From: Cycas panzhihuaensis
Taxonomy: Eukaryota > Plantae > Cycadophyta
DNA: 64,000 nucleotides
Direction: 5' to 3'
NCBI GenBank assembly: GCA_023213395.1
Contig: CM041465.1
Span: 155,131,741-155,195,740 of the forward strand
The notes beneath the pieces were generated by a model. That model had not been told where the DNA came from. It made no database searches and saw only the letters and a list, made by a program, of their open reading frames with translations. Shown piece after piece: positions 26,776-39,630 of the stretch. Positions within the stretch are counted from its first letter, which is position 1. Each line of letters begins with the position of its first letter. Made by a program: the position numbers and the translations under genes.

Positions 26776-29700
26776 TGTTACGAACCCATTTCATAACCTG
26801 AAGACCAATCCCAAATGTAGAAGAGAACACACAAGAACACTAAGGAAATTTTATAGTCAACAAATCAAATATTTGATTGATAAGATATGAATAATGTACA
26901 ATACATTGGAGGACTCATTTATAGGTAATAATAAGTCCCTTTACTTATAAGTCATAACTCTTCAAAGATGCCCTTTTGTTTAATTAATAATTAATTAATC
27001 CTTTTAAGGAGGTCTATAACAATTCCCCCTCCCTTATAATGTTTTGCCCACAAAACATAGTCAAACGATTGCAATCCCTTAAAAGAATGATATTCTTTCT
27101 TGCAGTAGAGTCCATTAAGTAATTAGTCAAATATTACAGCCATTTATTGGAAGATTCTTTTGGTTGGAAACCTCGGTTATGTTTTTGGGATGTTTGTGGT
27201 TGCTTCTTGATTTCTTCACCCTTATTCTCGTGTAGTATGACTTTAGTTTTGTTTAATCTTATTCCTAATAATTTGATGATTCTTCCTTCTTTTTTAAATC
27301 ATATAAACTATTCATCCATATTCATTTCAAAGGTTCCAAGTATACTAAGCCATTGACTGCCCAACACAGTATCTACACCACTGACATCCAAAATGTAGAA
27401 ATCTTCTATAATGTTGACATTGTTAAACATGAGGTTAAGGTTCTTCATTATACCTTGGTCTGAGATTACCTATCTTCCTCCAACAGTTACTTAGAAATGA
27501 GGATTCCTTAATGGAAATAATCTTAGTTGTTATGCATAGTTTTGATCAATGAAATTATATATGCTACCTGAATTTATCAAGATTATTACAACTTAATTTT
27601 TGACAGATCCCTTCAACTTTAATGTATTTGATTGATTAAAACTACTCATAAATGATAGTGACATTTACAAACAGTTGACCTCAAGATTACAGTAGCTCTA
27701 TTGATGTTCAAAATGATGATAATTTCCTTGTTTATTTTCTGACCCCTATTCTTCTTTGTCAATATTGTCATCAGGTAGAAATCTGATTGTATATAACTAG
27801 TTTTGTTGGCATCTATGCCTAGGTTCCCACTTCTAATCACATATGAAGCATAGGTTTCTTCTTCTTAACTCTTCTTGCTCTATTTTTATTTTTTAAATAA
27901 TTGGTTTAGCAGGTTTATTTAGGTTGATTATTAATTATTTGTGTTAAACACTTAGTAAAAGATTATGTCAACTAGGTGGAGGAATATAAAGATTTGTGCC
28001 AGTTTTGTGTAAGGCATTATGTTTATCTTCATGTATTTTGGCTAACTCTATTACCTTGTTAAGGTCCTTTGGTTCTTGAATTTTAACATTATCTTGGATC
28101 TGGGTTATCAAGCCATCTATATAACTGGATAAGTTGATTAGTTGGAATGTCTTCTAACACATAGCTTAGCCTTGTGAATGTTGTATTGTATTCTTCTATA
28201 GAACCTATTTGTTTTATTCTTCGTAACTCATAATAGTAATTGTGGTTAGTTACTGTTTCAAACCATTTAATAAATAAATAGATAAACTCTTTCCAAGTTG
28301 GTAATTGATCTTGAAATGAAGTTCGTTCGAGACATTGCCACCATTCACATGTTATTCCATCCATGTGTAGGGTGGCTAAGAAGACTTTTTCCATTGGATC
28401 AATTTCTACTAAATGAAAATAATTTTCCATTTGTTGGATCCACACCCTTGGCTCTTGTGATTTTTGCTCAATGTTGAAATGATACATCATAATTTTTTTC
28501 TTTTTTTGTACCTATATATTTTATAGGCAGTTAAAGTATGCTTGCAATCCTACGATCTTTTGTTCTTCAGGGGTCAGATTATAGTACTCATTAATATATT
28601 TTCTAATAACTTTATTCTTAGTATTAATTGGAGACATATGAGGACTTAAATATTTTTTAGCAGTTTAATTTTTGATATGAGACTACTGACTCATTGCCTC
28701 ATCCTTTGAATTGAAAACAATCATGTCTTCCTTCTTGCTCATTGCTATGATTGTTAATTTATCTAAGATCTAGTGTAATATATGATTTAAGAGAGCTTTT
28801 GATGTCTATACTGCTTCATGGACTACTTGAGTAATTGGTTTGATGATATCTTTTTGAACAGTGTTGTCTACCATATCTTCTATATTCATTATTTTAATAA
28901 TTATATAAGTGTGATTCCACTTATTTTCTTCTGTAACTATGTGTTAATCTGTTAGACTACAAGGATATGAATAGGTTTATTGTAGTCAAATATATCCTTG
29001 CAAATCAATAGTATGGCCTTCCCCTCACAATAATCTAAAATCTTATAATTTATTATAATAAAGGCTCAATTAGTCTAAAACTAAGAACTGATGTTTTTTT
29101 TTTTAGAATATGATTAGCTTGTATCCTTTTTTGGACCAATATGAAAAATAGTAACCTCTTTTTTAATTAACACAAGATGCCAATTAACTAATGTGAATTA
29201 CTTTTTGAGATTGTTATATATGATTTGATAACTTGTACATAGTATAAATAATATATATTTTGATTAGGATGATGCTTTGGTGGCATGTGTGTATATATAT
29301 ATATATATGTATGTATATTGATATTATATTAATAAAATAAATATACCTAACTTTTAATAATAATATGACCATAAGAACTTCTTATAATAAAGATAAGATG
29401 AGTTTAAATTAAATGTATTAAAGTATACCTTAAAATTTATAAATATAAAATATAAGAATTAAAAGATATATGAAGTAATTGCAATGGCAAATATGTATAT
29501 GATTGATGGAACGAGTTTTATCACTGCGTCAATGACTAATTTAAATTACTTATTCACTTCATGATGTTTATGGGTGTAATGATATAATTAATAGATTGTA
29601 TATTATTGATAATAGGGAAAATGAAATTAGGGCATGGGACGAATGGCAGTAGAATGGAAGAACATGCAGGAAAATAATGGAAGATGCAGATGAAGTGATG

Positions 29701-30584
29701 AGATAGCAAAATGAAGGGAAGACGAAGATAGGAAGAAAGGATACAGTGCAAATGGAAGATGTGGGTGGAAAATAGGAAATGATAAAGATAACAAAGATGT
29801 GAACAGTATATGTGACAAGACAGACCCAAATCTATGCCAAGACCTGATGGAATAATAATACAGAGATGGATGCATAATGGTTTAGTTGGGTAGGATCACA
29901 AGATGACGTAGACACCGAGAATGAGAACATGATGAAGAGGATGAAGGCAATGCACTGAAAATGATGGTGCAGATGCAGAGCAAACAATGATGGATGAAGA
30001 CGCAGATGGAAAATGAAGAGAAAAAGAAAATAAACAAAGAAAATTTAGAACTACACATGGCTAAATGCAGGAGAGTATAGATTAGTAAAATAGGTTAATT
30101 ATAGAGAATGATGGAAAAAGAAAATTACATGCGACTCACGCACAAGAATATAGAACAAGGAGTAGAGTAGAATAGTGATAGAAGAAGGCAGCATGGGCAG
30201 ATTTCTCAAAAACAATGGAATATGGTTATGTGGAATTGATAGAGAGGCTAGAAATAATTATTGATTGAATCAAGAGTTCAAGTTATTTATAGTAATTTTA
30301 TACAAGATATGCCAGAATCATTTTCTCTAATACCAATTGTTACGAACCTAGTTCGTAACCTGAAGACCAATCCCAAATGCACAAGAGAGCACACGAGAAC
30401 ACTAAGGAAATTTTATAGTCAACAGACCAAATATTTGATTGATAAGATATGAATGATGTACAATACATTGGAGGCCTCATTTATAGCTGCATAATAGGCC
30501 CCTTCACTTATAAGTCACAACTCTTCAGAGATGCCCTTTCATTTAATCAATAATTAATTAATCATTTTAAGGAGGTCTATAACA
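26776..30584 (-). mobile_element. Non-autonomous gag-protease-only Gypsy (chromovirus-like) element F, 3809 bp
   Basis: LTRs 26776-27021 and 30338-30584 (TGTTA...TAACA), perfect TSD GAGGT, PBS complement ctctaatacca 30325-30335, PPT complement ttccccctccctt 27023-27035. Confidence 0.95.
27330..28490 (-). pseudogene. gag and aspartic protease remnant of F
   Basis: ORF 28089-28490 (PRVWIQQMENYF...TWKEF...RRIKQIGSIEEY) is a retrotransposon gag. ILINSGSIYNFID (~27545-27585) and DVDTVLGSQWLSILG (~27335-27385) are protease motifs. No RT, RH or INT. Confidence 0.88.
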
Positions 30585-31924
30585 GAGGTGGCCAAGATGC
30601 TCTAGCTACACTAGAGGTGATTTCACCATGAGGTATATTTACTTTATGTTGCTTTATTTTCAACCTATTTTTATCTTCTTTAGATTATTTTGATTATATA
30701 TAAATATTTATTGATGTATGGGCTTATCTATTTATAAGTGATGAGATCACAACAAAGGTGGTTACCAGAGTGGTTACTAACTTATTCTTAATATTCTACA
30801 TAGAGGGTCAACCTCCTATTATAAATAGTAGAGAGCTAGTATCAACTTGATCTCACATAACAACTTTTGCTCCTCTGCTCAGAGTGAGGGAGATATAGGT
30901 AACTGAGCTGCATGAGCTCCAGTTAGATCATGATTAGATCAGGGATGAGCAAGATTAGCTACAAGCTTGGGTGTAGGAGATAAAGGTATAGGGCGTAGAT
31001 ATGGTACCACTACCAGTAGCATCACCCCTATAGATGGATCTGGGTGCTAAGGTATAGGTTGCTATTTTAGAGGCACAACTCACAGAGGTCCAGGAGGAGC
31101 GAGATCAACTCCAATCAAGATATGGTCAACTAGTAGATCAAATGGTAGCATGATCCTTTAAGACATATACTACTATGTCATCATGATAACGACTAAGAGA
31201 TGAGAGTCATCCTCAGGATGAGGGGAGTGAGGCTAGGCCAACATAACAACCAAGGAGGAGTCTAAGGGATACTTAGACCCCACTAGAGTTGAGGAGGGAC
31301 TAGTTGAGAGATGACACCCCTTGAGGGAATGAGAGGAGGGATATGTATTATATTTTTGTATGGTAGAAGAGTGTTAGGCCTCCAAGGGCATAAAGCTTAT
31401 ATATATAACTGTATGCCCTATAAGGATCCTGACTTTCTCATAGGATGTTATATCCTTATCCACATTGTACTCTTACTTTTGTATATATAAATATTTATGG
31501 GGATTGATTGGTGCCCCTCATCACTTTTGTACCTCTTATATACTTATTTCATGGATGTATTCTTTATGTGTTATATCACTCCCATGTGTATATGTACTTT
31601 ACTTAAGTATGCTTATTGTGATATAATTCGATGTGTATGGCATCATAGCTCACATACCAAGAACACACACACAGTCCATATGAAATGATATTATATACTT
31701 GGGATCCAGTTTATACTCATAGGGGAATCTTATACCTTCTTATTATGGGGTTATCATCATGATTGTGCAGGAATGGTAGGAAAGGGACCTTGGTTAGGCA
31801 TCTAGATCAATGCAATGCCTAAGGCAAGGATAATTTAGGCTTGTTTTAGAGTAATAGGGATGGGGGGAGACTAATTCAATGCCATGTCCCATTTAGAGGG
31901 AAGGCTTGACCTTATAAAGAGGGA

Positions 31925-32011
31925 TAGTTTAGGCTCATTTTAGAGCAAGTTGGTATTTTAGGCTCATACTAAAGAAAGTTTGTAGTTTAGGCTCATACTA
32001 GAGTGAGTTAA
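31925..32011. repeat. Three 29-bp tandem repeats just downstream of the integrase of B
   Basis: ta(g/t)tttaggctcat at 31925, 31954 and 31983, with an outlier at 31831. Confidence 0.85.
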
Positions 32012-32049
32012 CGCGGTTTCCTCCCTACTTTGGAGTGTTGCCAGCTATA

Positions 32050-35000
32050 AAACCTATTGAGGAATTGATCATTGACAGCCTTTTCAAATTCAAGGCCTTC
32101 CAAAATAGCAATATAATATGTGTTGTTGTTTAATGTACTAATGACTATAGAGGATCCTACCTAATTTGGACTAAATTCAAAAGGTAGTCATGTAAATACT
32201 CTAGTTTGAGGACTTCATCCTCGAAAACTAGAGGTCATGGTCGAAGATGTTTGTCATGCATCTTTTGGGCCTTAGCCTTAGATGCAAGATTTTCTTAGTA
32301 TATGATAAGGAATTTTTCATCCATTGCCTCAAGGTTAAGAAGATAGGCTTGATGTCACCACTCTTCATCAACAAAGTCCTTAAAGGAAACCCACAAAGAG
32401 GGGATTTCAACTTCAAGAGGGAGGTTAACCTCTAATCCATAAACCAAAGAGAATGGTATCATCCTCGTGGCTATCTTAATGGATGTACAATAAGCCCATA
32501 GGTCCGAGTAGAGTTGGAGGTACCAATCCCTTTAAGATTGGGTGGTCGTCTTCTTAAGAATACTAATCAAGGTCTTATTAAAGGCTTTGATTTGGCCATT
32601 GGCTTAGGATTAGTAAGTGGATAAGGTTTTGTAATAGATTTTAAACTTTTCACAAAGTTCATCCATTTCTTTATTACAAAAGGGAGTCTCATTATCTATA
32701 ATTATGACATTAGGAGCCCCAAATTGATAAATGATATTTGGAAAAATAAACATAGAAACTATCTTGTCCATCATCAAAGATAGAGGGATATCCCCAACCC
32801 ATTTAGTAAAATATTCCATTACGGTTAGAACAAACTTATGTTGGGTTGAAGAAGGAGGGGTTATAGCCCTAATGAGATTAAGACCCCCTTGAGAACATGG
32901 CTACATTGACATAATTATGTGCAATACCTCAAATAGTTGGTGTATAATATTGACATGCTCTTAGCATTTGTGGCAACATAGAGCATAAGCATAGGCATCT
33001 TTGAATAATACTGGCTAGTAGTATCCCTAGCATAATATTCTTTGGACCATAGATTGGCCTCCAAAGTGTCCTCCATAAATACTATCATGGCACTCATGGA
33101 GGGCTTAATCCATCTCTTTTGGGACAATGCATCGAAGGAGGATGCCATGAAATAAACATTTATATAACATGTCCTAGATGAGAAAGTATTTGACGGCTAA
33201 AGCCCTAACATGATGCTTGATCTTATTAGTAGCATTGGTAAGGTACTTATGTTGTGTTAGGTAATTGATGATGTTGCCATACCATTTACTATTGGCTAAG
33301 GGTGGGGGTTGGCATCTTGGAGGGCTAAGATTAATTCATTTGACAAGGAGTCATTGATTAGGTCCTTCATTGGATTAGAGATCGGTGCATCCGCTAGCTA
33401 CTGAGCCATGATCATGCCCTTCCTATATTTATAACTAACAACTTTAAGATCATATTCTTGAAAGAGGAGGGCCCATTTACCCATTTTCCTAGTTAAATCA
33501 AATTGCATCATTAAATAACATAAGGGGTTTGACTGAATGATAATGTGTGTCATGTTTCCAAGGAGGTAGTGGCGGAGCTTCATAATGGTAAAGACCAAGG
33601 CTAAGCATTCTTTGTCCACTAGGGGGTAGTTTAGTTCAACTACAACTAAGGTGCAGCTTATACTTAAACTTAGATTTATCTTCTTGAGCTAATATGGTGC
33701 CAATGGATTCATAGTCATAGAGGTATAAAGGATGAAAGGCTAATCCAAGAAGGGAGGTGCCAAGATGGGGATCATAATAAGAGCTTACCTAAGTTGGTGG
33801 AAGGTCACTTGGGCCTTCAAAGTCCACATGAATGGAGTCCCCTTCTTTAGTAGATTAGTGGTTGCATACTAATAGTGAAATCTTCCAAGAATCATCATAA
33901 GAAACTAAGGCAGTTGAAGAATGACTTGATTTACTACTAGGTTTTGGGGGGTGCCATCTCGACCATGGCTTTAAGCTTATCTAGGTCAACTTTAATCCCT
34001 TCTTAGGATATAAGAAACCCTAATAACTTGCCAAAGGTCACTACAAAAAGGTATTTAAGTGGATTTAAGCTAATGTGATACTTGTATTATTAAGAGAACA
34101 TCTTTCTTAAATACATAGGGTAATCAGCCCTCTTACAAGATAGGCCCATAGATCATCCATGAAGACCTCCAGAATGTTATTGATGAGGTCATGGAAGATA
34201 AACTACATGGCTCTTTAGTAGGTTTCTCCAATATTCTTCAAACTAAATGGCATAGATTTGCAAGAAAATATACCCCACGGGGTAGTAAAAGTCATTTTTT
34301 GGTGGTCCTCTAGAGGTATCTAGATTTGATTATATCTAGAGAAGTTATCCATCAAGGACATCACCTTGAACCTAGATCAATAATTTAATTAATAAATGGT
34401 AATAAAAAATTATCCTTGGGACAAGCATTTTTGATGTCCCAAAAGTTGATGTAAATACTAATTGTCCCATTTTTCTTTATGACTAGGACAATATTGGATA
34501 CCTATTTAGGATAGTGAATGGAAGTGATGAGGCCTACAACATACAACTTTTCCACTTCCATTTTGATAGCAATAAATAGTTTGAGTGTAATGGGTGTTGC
34601 TTTTACCTGATCAAGTAGGCGCTTGGGATTGTAATAAGGTTGTGTGTAATGATTGTAAGGTCAATGCCCTTCATATCCAAATAATCCTAGGTAAAGATGT
34701 CATAAAATTCATGGAATAACTATGTGTATCCCTTGACTTCTTAGGGTGAACATTCAAGCCTAATCTTGATGATCCATTCAAGAGCAAGGATGATATCCTT
34801 AGTTTCTCCTATGCATAAAATATTTCCCTCCTTGAAGTGAGGAGGGGCTTGGTCTATAGACAGTTTGGGAGGCATAATTACCTCATTGGGGTTAGCCAAC
34901 AAAGAACTAATAGCTAGGCACTTCTATAAGCCTAGCTTATGATACTTGCCAAGTAAGCTAGGCAAAGATCCTACCAAATACTCGAGCAAAGCTTCATCAT

Positions 35001-36320
35001 TCTCAAAGTAATCAATCCCATGGATAATTTTCCTTAGAGGGGCTCAAGGAACTTACAAGGGAGTGTTAGGATGGCAGTAGTCAGACCACTAATTGACATA
35101 GTATAGTGACTCTTCTAACAAGTTACAGGACACATATATAATCACCTTCCTTATAGGTTGCAGGGGTGAGGCGAGGGGGGAGCAATTCTGAATTGTAAAT
35201 AGTTGACTCTTCATGTAAAAAGATTGAGTTTGAGTCATCATTATCATCAGAAGTTATGGATAAAGAGATGAAATCCCCTTAGCCATATCCTTGAACATGT
35301 GGGTTTCCCATGTACCTAATAGATTGATTATTTATGGCAGATGGGGTAAAATAGGAGATGAATCTAATATGCTTAAGTAGGCAACCTGTGCTCACCACCC
35401 CTTGGAAATTCCCCTTGAAAGATTTCTTGAATGGGGGGGAGGGCATGCCCCCCTACCTTGTCCTCATGGGCAAGCAGGTCCATATGATCTGGATGGTGAT
35501 TAAGCACCATTCACGAAGAGCGGTGGGCCCACCATGGTCTTAAATAAGGAGACTCCCACATTAGTAGAAGAGGAGGAGTTGGTGTTTGGGTTGACATTTG
35601 GTTATATGAATTTAGTCTAAAAGGAGGAGGGATGTTAATATGGGATGTCATTTCCCTCGTTATGTTGAGATTGAGAAAACTAACTTGGCATGGTGACTCC
35701 TCATATTCGTCATCAGATTCTCTATCACTAAGGACCCCTAAATAACCATAGCTCCTAGCATTGATAGGGGCAAACCACACCAAGTAGGGAGGAGGAGGAA
35801 GAGCTCCTTCTCCTTAGGTAGGTGCTTCGTCCTTGAAGAACCCCATAATGGATGGGTCAGATGGGTCATCTTATTCATCTATTGCCCTAAAAATCACTTA
35901 GCATAGTTTATGAGAGGGGTAGTTTACATGTAACAACTTTGATTTTCCCTTGATGGGAAAATTTGAGTTACCCCCATTTCGATGAATACCTGGCTCCAAT
36001 TCGGTCGAGCCATGGTTGATTTAATAGAAGGTTGTAGTCGACATTAATGTCTAAAATGACTATATTAGTTTGGATGGTCTTATCTTCTAAGGTTAGGGGA
36101 AGATTAATTATACCCAAGGGAGTTTTTTCACTCCTATCATACCCTTGGCACCTCCATGGAACTAGCTTGAGAGCTTTAATACTTAGTGTGTTTAGCATTA
36201 AAATTAGCATTACATTAACTAAGGAGTCATTATCCATGATGATCCTCTTTAGGGTATAATTACGTGTCTTCATGGTAATAGTAAATAGGTAGTGCTAATA
36301 TAGTTATCTGTCCTTGTTTA
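32050..36320 (-). pseudogene. pol remnant of B (PR-RT-RH-INT)
   Basis: PR IIMDNDSLVNVM...YNLLLNQPWL (35968-36273); RT FTTPWG...MPFSLKN and EVFMDD; RH KECLALVFTIMKLRHYL (33398-33619); INT EYFTKWV...FGAPNVIIIDN (32610-32819). Confidence 0.92.
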
Positions 36321-37249
36321 GAGGGAGGTCACATGGGTTAAACATAATAAGGTTGGACCCCACAATGAGGAGGTATCGATAGAATGGATTGGGGCTTTGT
36401 TAAACCCCAAAGCTTCTGGTAAGAGTGTTGTCTGGTTAGGGTAACTCTTTAGAATTTTCATCATGGACATTCTAGATAAAATAGTATGGAGATCCTTAAT
36501 GATAGAGAAAGCTTTCCCTTTCTCTATGGGAGGATAATCCTCTTAGGGAAGTTATTATGAGGTAAAGGCTTCCTCAACCTCCCTAATGGCTTGAGACCTT
36601 GTAATAGGACATACTTGAGTGGTCTTGAGTAACTAGATAATCCTCGTATCCCTACTCTTGTGTTGGGAGGATATGGTTAGTTGAGTATTTGGGGTTGATA
36701 GGGAGGAACCTTTTGTAGGTTACTTTCCCTTTGATTAGTCTACAAAAAGGGATTGAATCAGCCTCTTGCTCCTAATCTACCTACCCTACTATTGAGTAGG
36801 TTGATCCTACTCTTTATGATTGGAAAATAGGTTATGGTGTACAAGTTGCTCTAGATTTAGTTTAGATGCATCTTGAGGAGGAGGGTCATGTGAGGGTGTT
36901 AATTTATGGTGTTATGTCCAACACCTAGAATCATCATGCGTACACTCCCTGTGGACCTAACACCATTTCTTTTCAGATGGGGGCATCATCCTCTTTGCTT
37001 GGGGTACTTGGGTTCCCTCATTTTTGGGTGGCAAGGTCTAGGCAGTTTGATGGGCCTACTTCTATTTGGGTTGGGGTTGATGTAGCTCTTATGGGATGTG
37101 AGAGGGTTTAGCTTTAGGTCACATATCATTCACTTGAATGAACACATGACTGAAGTCAAAGGATCTAGGGTCTTGTCAGTTGAGATGACAGAAGGCCTAG
37201 ATGATTGTTGTTGTTGCCACTTATAGTTGCATGGGGGAGGTAGTGCTTC

Positions 37250-39350
37250 ATGATGTTGTGAGTTCTTTGTGATCTTCTTAAGACTAGCTTAGATATCAAT
37301 AGACTCTGATGCCAAGCATTTAGCTGTGGTTGATTTGTAAGTAGTCACCCCTATTTTGAGTACCTCCAAGTATATTTCAAGGTGTAATATGTTAATAAAG
37401 ATGTCTCTCTTCAATTCTTCTAACTATGTGGCCTTAGAATAATGGAAGAGGTCATGGAATTGATGCATGAAGTCAGGGTTTAATTCTTTATGACCTTGAT
37501 TTAAAGAAAGTAATGCCTTTTCCCCACTTTTAAAGGGTCAAGCTACATCAAAATAGTTGATGAAGGTTTCAACAAATTGTTAAAATATAGAGATTGAGTG
37601 GTATGAGAGCTAGTAGAACCACTTCAAGGTATCACCTTGAAGTGAGTGGGGGAAAAGTTTCACTAATATATAATTTCAGGTCCAATAATCAATACACACC
37701 ATGGCAAAATCCCTAACATGATCGGTTGGGTCCTCGAAGGAAGTGTCATCAAATTTGGGTACTTAACAAGGGTGTGGAGGTAAATTAGTTTAGAAATCCT
37801 CAATTGAAAGGGGACTTGACCTATATTCCACAAACAAATATAACCCTGGTTGGGTTAACATATCAATAGAGGAATAGGTGGGTGCCCCATAGGGGTAGCT
37901 ACCATCCACATAGGGTGAATGAGTAGGATATGGGTAGGGTGGATGACCATAGTGATAAGGTGGATAAGACACAGGGGCATATGAAACTCCTCCTAATTGG
38001 CACAAGGATGGGGGAAGTCCCCCATAAGGATATGATAGATAAGGAGGGGTCTAAGGGTATCTCGATCTGCCCCTTAGGTGTGGAAAGTAAAGGGGTTACA
38101 TTCCATGAGAGGCACCAAGAGAAGTAAGTGGATAAGAAGTGGAATAGGAAAGGGTGGAATGGCCTCCTTAAGGAAAAAAATCATGTGAAGGTAATTGAAT
38201 GGGTTGGGAAGGAAGGGGGGGGGGATGCAATAGGTTTTACCTGAATAGGCCTCCAACAGGTGTAGTTACCTCATACAAATAGAGTGATTGACTCCATATG
38301 TAGGGAGGTGGTTAAAACCCCCATTCCCCTATGGAAACAATGTGTATCTTAGGGAAACATATAAGGATGGGTCTGCCACATGCAGACATGGATAAGTTAG
38401 GGGCAAACCCACTTGCACAGGGTGAAAGGATCATGTCGGTATAGTAGGTAAAGGATGTAGATGCAAGGTAGTGGGTGGTGGGACAACAGTATGAATTGGG
38501 GGTGAACTAGCCCCTTCTTGTGGGTGGTGTGTACCTTGTTTCAATTCACTCTTTTTTTTTTTTTTTTTTTTTTTTTGATATCTAGAGGAGAACCTCTAGC
38601 CACCCTTGGTACAAAGTTCCAAAGTAAGGGGGACCCCCGGGATCCAGGTTTTTGTACCACCTTTGTACTGGATATGCTTGGAGTTCATACCGCCATCATA
38701 CAGTTGGCACACACTCAACGGACTTTGGTCGGACTACTTTCTTTGCAGCAGTGGACCCCGGTCGGACTACTTCCCTATGAAGTGACTTGCACTCATGAGT
38801 TTTGAACCTGGGTCTCACCTTGGTAATCACCACAACTTACGAATCCACCCAGCCCCATGAGGCTTAAGTGTCAATTCACTCTCTAATAACATGGTTGAAG
38901 GTAGGGTTATAGTGGCAACAGTATTAGATGAACTAGAAGGTGGGATTTAAATGGAAGAAGATAAGATAATATTAGAAGAGGTTAAGGAAGCACTAGTGAG
39001 AAATCATTATAGCCACCTTGGTAGGGGTTGGCTAGTGATGGCTTCAAAGCACTCCATTAGCACTTCAACCACATCCATGGAAGGGGTATGATTGGCATCA
39101 TGGGAGGCCAATGGCTCTCCCTCATGACCAAGGTAAGAGGGGTAAGAATTTGACATGTGCTTGGGGTGCGAGGCATGGTCATAGGCATAAGTCTCTTTAA
39201 GTGGATAAGAATGAGGAGCTATAGGATAGGGTTCTTCTTAAGGTGATACTTAATGAAAAGGGTCATCGCTAGCATAAGTGATGCCCCCGTAGGGGTGATG
39301 AGCCTCTTGTTAGGGCCATTCTTAGGCATATGGTTGATTGGCCCAACCAT
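37250..39350 (-). pseudogene. gag remnant of B
   Basis: Homologous to copy A gag (Pro/Tyr-rich part, VPKFDD, DTLKWFY); interrupted by the SINE. Confidence 0.85.
38553..38870 (-). mobile_element. tRNA-derived SINE (~318 bp)
   Basis: 12-bp TSD TCAATTCACTCT (38541-38552 and 38871-38882). Poly(A) tail (T run to 38576). Pol III box A-like TGGGGCTGGGTGG (38857-38845) and box B GGTTCAAAAC (38808-38799) at tRNA-like spacing. Confidence 0.92.
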
Positions 39351-39612
39351 CTAGGTAGCTCTCTATCAGTGACTCTTGGTCACTTGACTTATCAGAGGTA
39401 TATGCAGAAGAGATTTCCAAAGGTAGCAAACCACAGAAATGACATGATATAAGATGCATTCATGGGTATTGGGATACCTAAGGAATTGTATAAATATGGT
39501 ACAGAAGAGAGAAGTTCATTCTTAAATAAGGAAAAATCACCCTAAAAGTCAAGAATATAAATTGAAGGGAAGGGAAGGGCATGTCTACATCACAAAGCTT
39601 CCAATTAGTAAA

Positions 39613-39630
39613 TCCCCAGTATGGCCGCCA
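39613..39630 (-). promoter_or_regulatory. Primer binding site, tRNA-Arg type, element B
   Basis: Plus strand TCCCCAGTATGGCCGCCA resembles a plant tRNA-Arg 3' end (TCCCCAGTGGAGTCG+CCA, recalled). Confidence 0.8.

Larger units (their letters stand above)
25847..31340 (+). pseudogene. Plant Mobile Domain (PMD)-like accessory gene, antisense to element B, interrupted by element F
   Basis: 25981-26097 reads LLIDIISY*DHRR*VFHLPMIWDVTITPQDVRRILGVPA, versus the PMD consensus L..LVERW.PET.TFHLP.GE.TITL.DV..ILGLP. An acidic tract follows, then coiled-coil-like AILEAQLTEVQEERDQLQSRYGQLVDQM (~31061-31144). Confidence 0.8.

Noticed and set aside
29554-29875. Hydrophobic His/Leu/Phe-rich ORFs as an env-like gene
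   Set aside because: Product of a pyrimidine-rich low-complexity leader upstream of gag; wrong position and no motifs.
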